From Haliotis rubra (taxonomy: Eukaryota), in contig NW_025765286.1 of the NCBI RefSeq assembly GCF_003918875.1, positions 124,001 through 188,000 of the forward strand: a DNA stretch of 64,000 nt, read 5' to 3'. Positions 60,909-64,000 of this stretch are shown piece after piece. Below the pieces are notes generated by a model. It was given only the letters and a program-made list of their open reading frames with translations, did not search any database and was not told where the DNA came from. Positions within the stretch are counted from its first letter, which is position 1. Every line of letters starts with the position of its first letter. The position numbers and the translations under genes were made by a program.

Positions 60909-62565
60909 TACTCCCAAAAAAGAAACGCACTCATGAAAAATAGTAAATTTCATGTAGCAATGAATTAAAAACGTGATTCATTTTACAAAAGGTTTTGCTC
61001 TGTTTATGAGTCCTATGGTGTTTATGTTTTGAAACATCACAACAAAACGCACCCATCCGTAAAATACCCGTATTTAACAGCATGATTTTCAATTTCGGCG
61101 TGTAGTGTCACAGACAATACACATTCACATGCAATGCACGAAAGTTGGGGATCAGATAGTCTCAATGATGGTTATAAAAGGTTGATCGCTGTCTGTCGAT
61201 TATTCACTGTATTTGAATATTGTTGACGAACGCAAAATGCCACGTCTGCATAAGTGAAGCCAACCGTCATATCGCCATTGGTTTGCATTTGAAGCTGGCC
61301 CGCCCATCCAACGTTGCAGTTGCCCGACGCGTGAATGTTCACCAAAGCACCATTTCACGGCTCTGGGAGAGATATCTCCGCTTAGAATGCGGTAGCAGAT
61401 GCCCTCTTAGTGGGCGACCTCGATAGACCACTGCGGCGCACGATCGCTTCCTGTCCGGGTACCCTCACCTGCGTCATCGAACAGCTACGGCGACCAGTAC
61501 CGCCTGACAAATACCTCGTGGATTGAGGAGGCTTTCTGCACAGACCGTCAGGAATATCAGGTTGAGAGAGGCAGAAGACCTTTATTTTGGCCCTGTGCTT
61601 CGACGACAGCAACATCGTCAGACATCCAGTTCAATGGTGCACCAACGTTCAGACCTGGAACCTACCGGAATTGGCGTAGAATTTGGTTCCAGTGATGAAT
61701 CACGATTTCTATTGGAACGGCGCGATGGAAGAATGCGGGTGTACAGACGTCGACGTGAACGTTTCGCCGACGCTTCCGTTCCACAGGTGGACAGATTCGA
61801 CCGGGGCGGTGTTATGTGATGTATGGGGTACGATCACCTGCCGTAGGAGAAGTGATTTGGTGATGATCCAGGGTAACCTTGTCAGCCCAACGGTAAAACA
61901 AACAAGGAGGAGTTCTCTATGGATATACACCTCTTTTAATGTGATTATGAGCGACTCGTTTCGGTCAGTAGCTACCAACACCGTTATCAAGCTCAACGGT
62001 ACTGTGACGAAATCCTACTCATACCACCATTCAATCTTCCAATCATTGATCTCCAGAGTGGAGTTGTTTTCAACAGGACAATGCCAGGCCCCCCACACAG
62101 CACGTCACACTAGAGACTTCCTCCGGAACCACAATATCAATGTGCTCCCCTGGCCCCCTCAAGATCCCGGACTTAAACCCGATCGAACATCTGTGGGATA
62201 ACCCTCGGACAGACGGGTGCGACGCCGCAACTTCCACAGCCCCAGACACTTCAACATCCTCGCACAGGCACTACAGGCAGAGTGGGCTGCGATTTCGGCA
62301 AACACGAGGTTCTGAGACCTTTTGTTCGATGCCGTGCAGTTCTAGATGCCCACGGTGGTCACATCGAGGTATTGACTTCAGCGCCACCCATCGTCTCCAT
62401 GTGACACTCCAAACTCGACTTTCCTCGAGTTGGTGCCAAAGACGGATAAGTCTGCTTTTCCAAGTGTGCAATTTCGCTATTTTTCATTAACTCATAACAA
62501 GATGTTTCAAAATAAACATAAAAAATACAGTTGAAATTCTATATGCGTTTCTTTTTGGGAGAGTA
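60909..62565 (+). mobile_element. Degenerate Tc1/mariner transposon
   Basis: TIRs TACTCCCAAAAAAGAAACGCA and TGCGTTTCTTTTTGGGAGAGTA with TA flanks; frameshifted transposase at about 61237-62400 with HQSTISRL, SGRPR, SDESRF, FQQDNA and PDLNPIEHLWD motifs. Confidence 0.9.
61948..61995 (-). ncRNA. Minimal hammerhead ribozyme-like motif (U3-A8 core variant) in a 94-bp insertion
   Basis: Minus strand TGAGC-TTGATAA-C-GGT...ACC-GAAAC-GA-GTC-GCTCA: stem I TGAGC/GCTCA, stem II GGT/ACC, GUC triplet; activity untested. Confidence 0.6.
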
Positions 62566-62618
62566 TATGATGTGAAAGACTGATTCCGGATCAGACAGGT
62601 CAGCGGTTTGTACGTGTT

Positions 62619-62770
62619 GAGTGAGTGAGTTTAGCTCTTTACGCCGCCTTTAGCATTATTCAAGCAATATCATGACGGGGCAACAGAAATGCCCTTAACA
62701 CATTGTACCCATATTGAGAATCAAACCCAGGTCTTCAGTGACGACTCGCCACTTTAACCACTGGGCTACC
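62619..62770 (-). mobile_element. tRNA-derived SINE family A, decayed
   Basis: Recognisable body and (ACTC)n tail. Confidence 0.7.
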
Positions 62771-64000
62771 TGGATTAGTACATGTAAGGGTACCATGACA
62801 TGTATTTAGACCATCCATTTGCGAAAGGAATATCGATTCCTGACGACCAAAGAGAAAGGTGTCCCAGTGGAATACAGTACTCGCTGAACAAAGGTCCCAT
62901 TACTATTTTGAAATTAGATACCTGTAAATACAGCTCAGTGGCTGCACATTCACTAACTTGTGGACGCGTAAACCATGTTTGGCAGATCGAACTAATCCCC
63001 TATTTACGAGAGTCGGCTTTTCTTCTGCATTCATTTAACGTTTGGTCCACAGTTTTATTTCCTAATGAATCATTCCATAAAAAATTCTCGTTAATATGCT
63101 ATCTCTCACACGGCTTCTGTCGACTCCCATCTGGCAAATTCGCCGTAGGAGTACGGAAGCATTCATTGATTGGCTTGAAACATCCCAGCGGTTAAATAAA
63201 GCCCACAGCTCCTTGCCTTCTTCGTCTGAAGCACAAACGTTGAACGATAAACTACAAGACGCCCAGACCGTGTACTCTACCATGTGAGTATTTCTATCGT
63301 TACTTCTAATTCATCACCACCAATTAGCCAGGCAAAAACCCTTCTGACTCTCAACACGAAGTCTCTTTGAAATGGCGTCTGGTAGAGGACAATGGTACCA
63401 GACACTGGGAGCCAATCCAGGGGACATTTGATATACTCCTTGTTTTGCAAAATTATTGTATTTACATTTTATTGTCTTATTATGGAAGCCAACAACCACG
63501 TTGCTGCTTAGCAGTGATGGATTTGTTTACAGCTTCTCATCTGCAGAAGAAGGCTCTAGTATCGTAATCACCCTTGACCTGGGTCGAATAAAATCTGGTA
63601 ATCATTTCTTACAAATTATTTAAGAAAAACAACTTGGATGATGATGCAAATTTCAAGGACGTTGATAAAAGAATCAGAATCTATAATAGGTTCCATATGG
63701 GTAAAGAAATTCCACTTCAAGAATCGAGCCGAATAAAAGCATGCAATCAAACCAGAGAACATGCCTCAAATTAAGCCATTAATAGATATTTAGGGGTTGA
63801 TAAAGAAATACAGTTGAAACAAATTGATGTGCAGTACCATCTTTTATCACGTCCAAGCATAACAGTGTTGTTTTGCCCTTGCCTGAACGTGATGTTGAGA
63901 AAGTGTAATTTACATTTTCAGAAATGTGCAAATTCTAAGAATGTTTAGGGTTAAAGATCAGGAAGTGTGTTCTGTTTTATGTATAGATAGGAGTTTCATT

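Overview
Intron-rich, AT-rich animal genomic DNA. It is most likely a gastropod mollusc such as abalone, inferred from the DFPase genes and the (ACTC)n-tailed tRNA SINEs and not proven. Gene order: (1) the first 25 coding exons of RICTOR on the minus strand (27915 down to 4282, continuing past the window start), with two decayed DIRS retrotransposons in its introns; (2) head-to-head with it, three plus-strand DFPase-like (SMP-30/gluconolactonase beta-propeller) genes: copy A with an extra signal-peptide exon and gained N-glycosylation sequons but a damaged or truncated 3' end, copy B a deletion pseudogene, and copy C intact (314 aa); (3) ATP5F1D and (4) UQCRH, both complete on the minus strand; (5) a degenerate Tc1/mariner element. 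Copies B and C, together with the last ATP5F1D exon, lie in a near-tandem duplication that could be real or a haplotype artefact. Many SINEs and MITEs and a Kolobok-like THAP element are present. Top findings: a predicted secreted, glycosylated DFPase paralog; a family of tiny Penelope-like insertions carrying U3-A8 variant hammerhead ribozyme motifs; an exon-restricted gene-conversion tract; and an 86-bp minisatellite built from a RICTOR exon-intron junction with the donor sites destroyed. All coordinates were read by eye and may be off by a few bases, especially for repeats.
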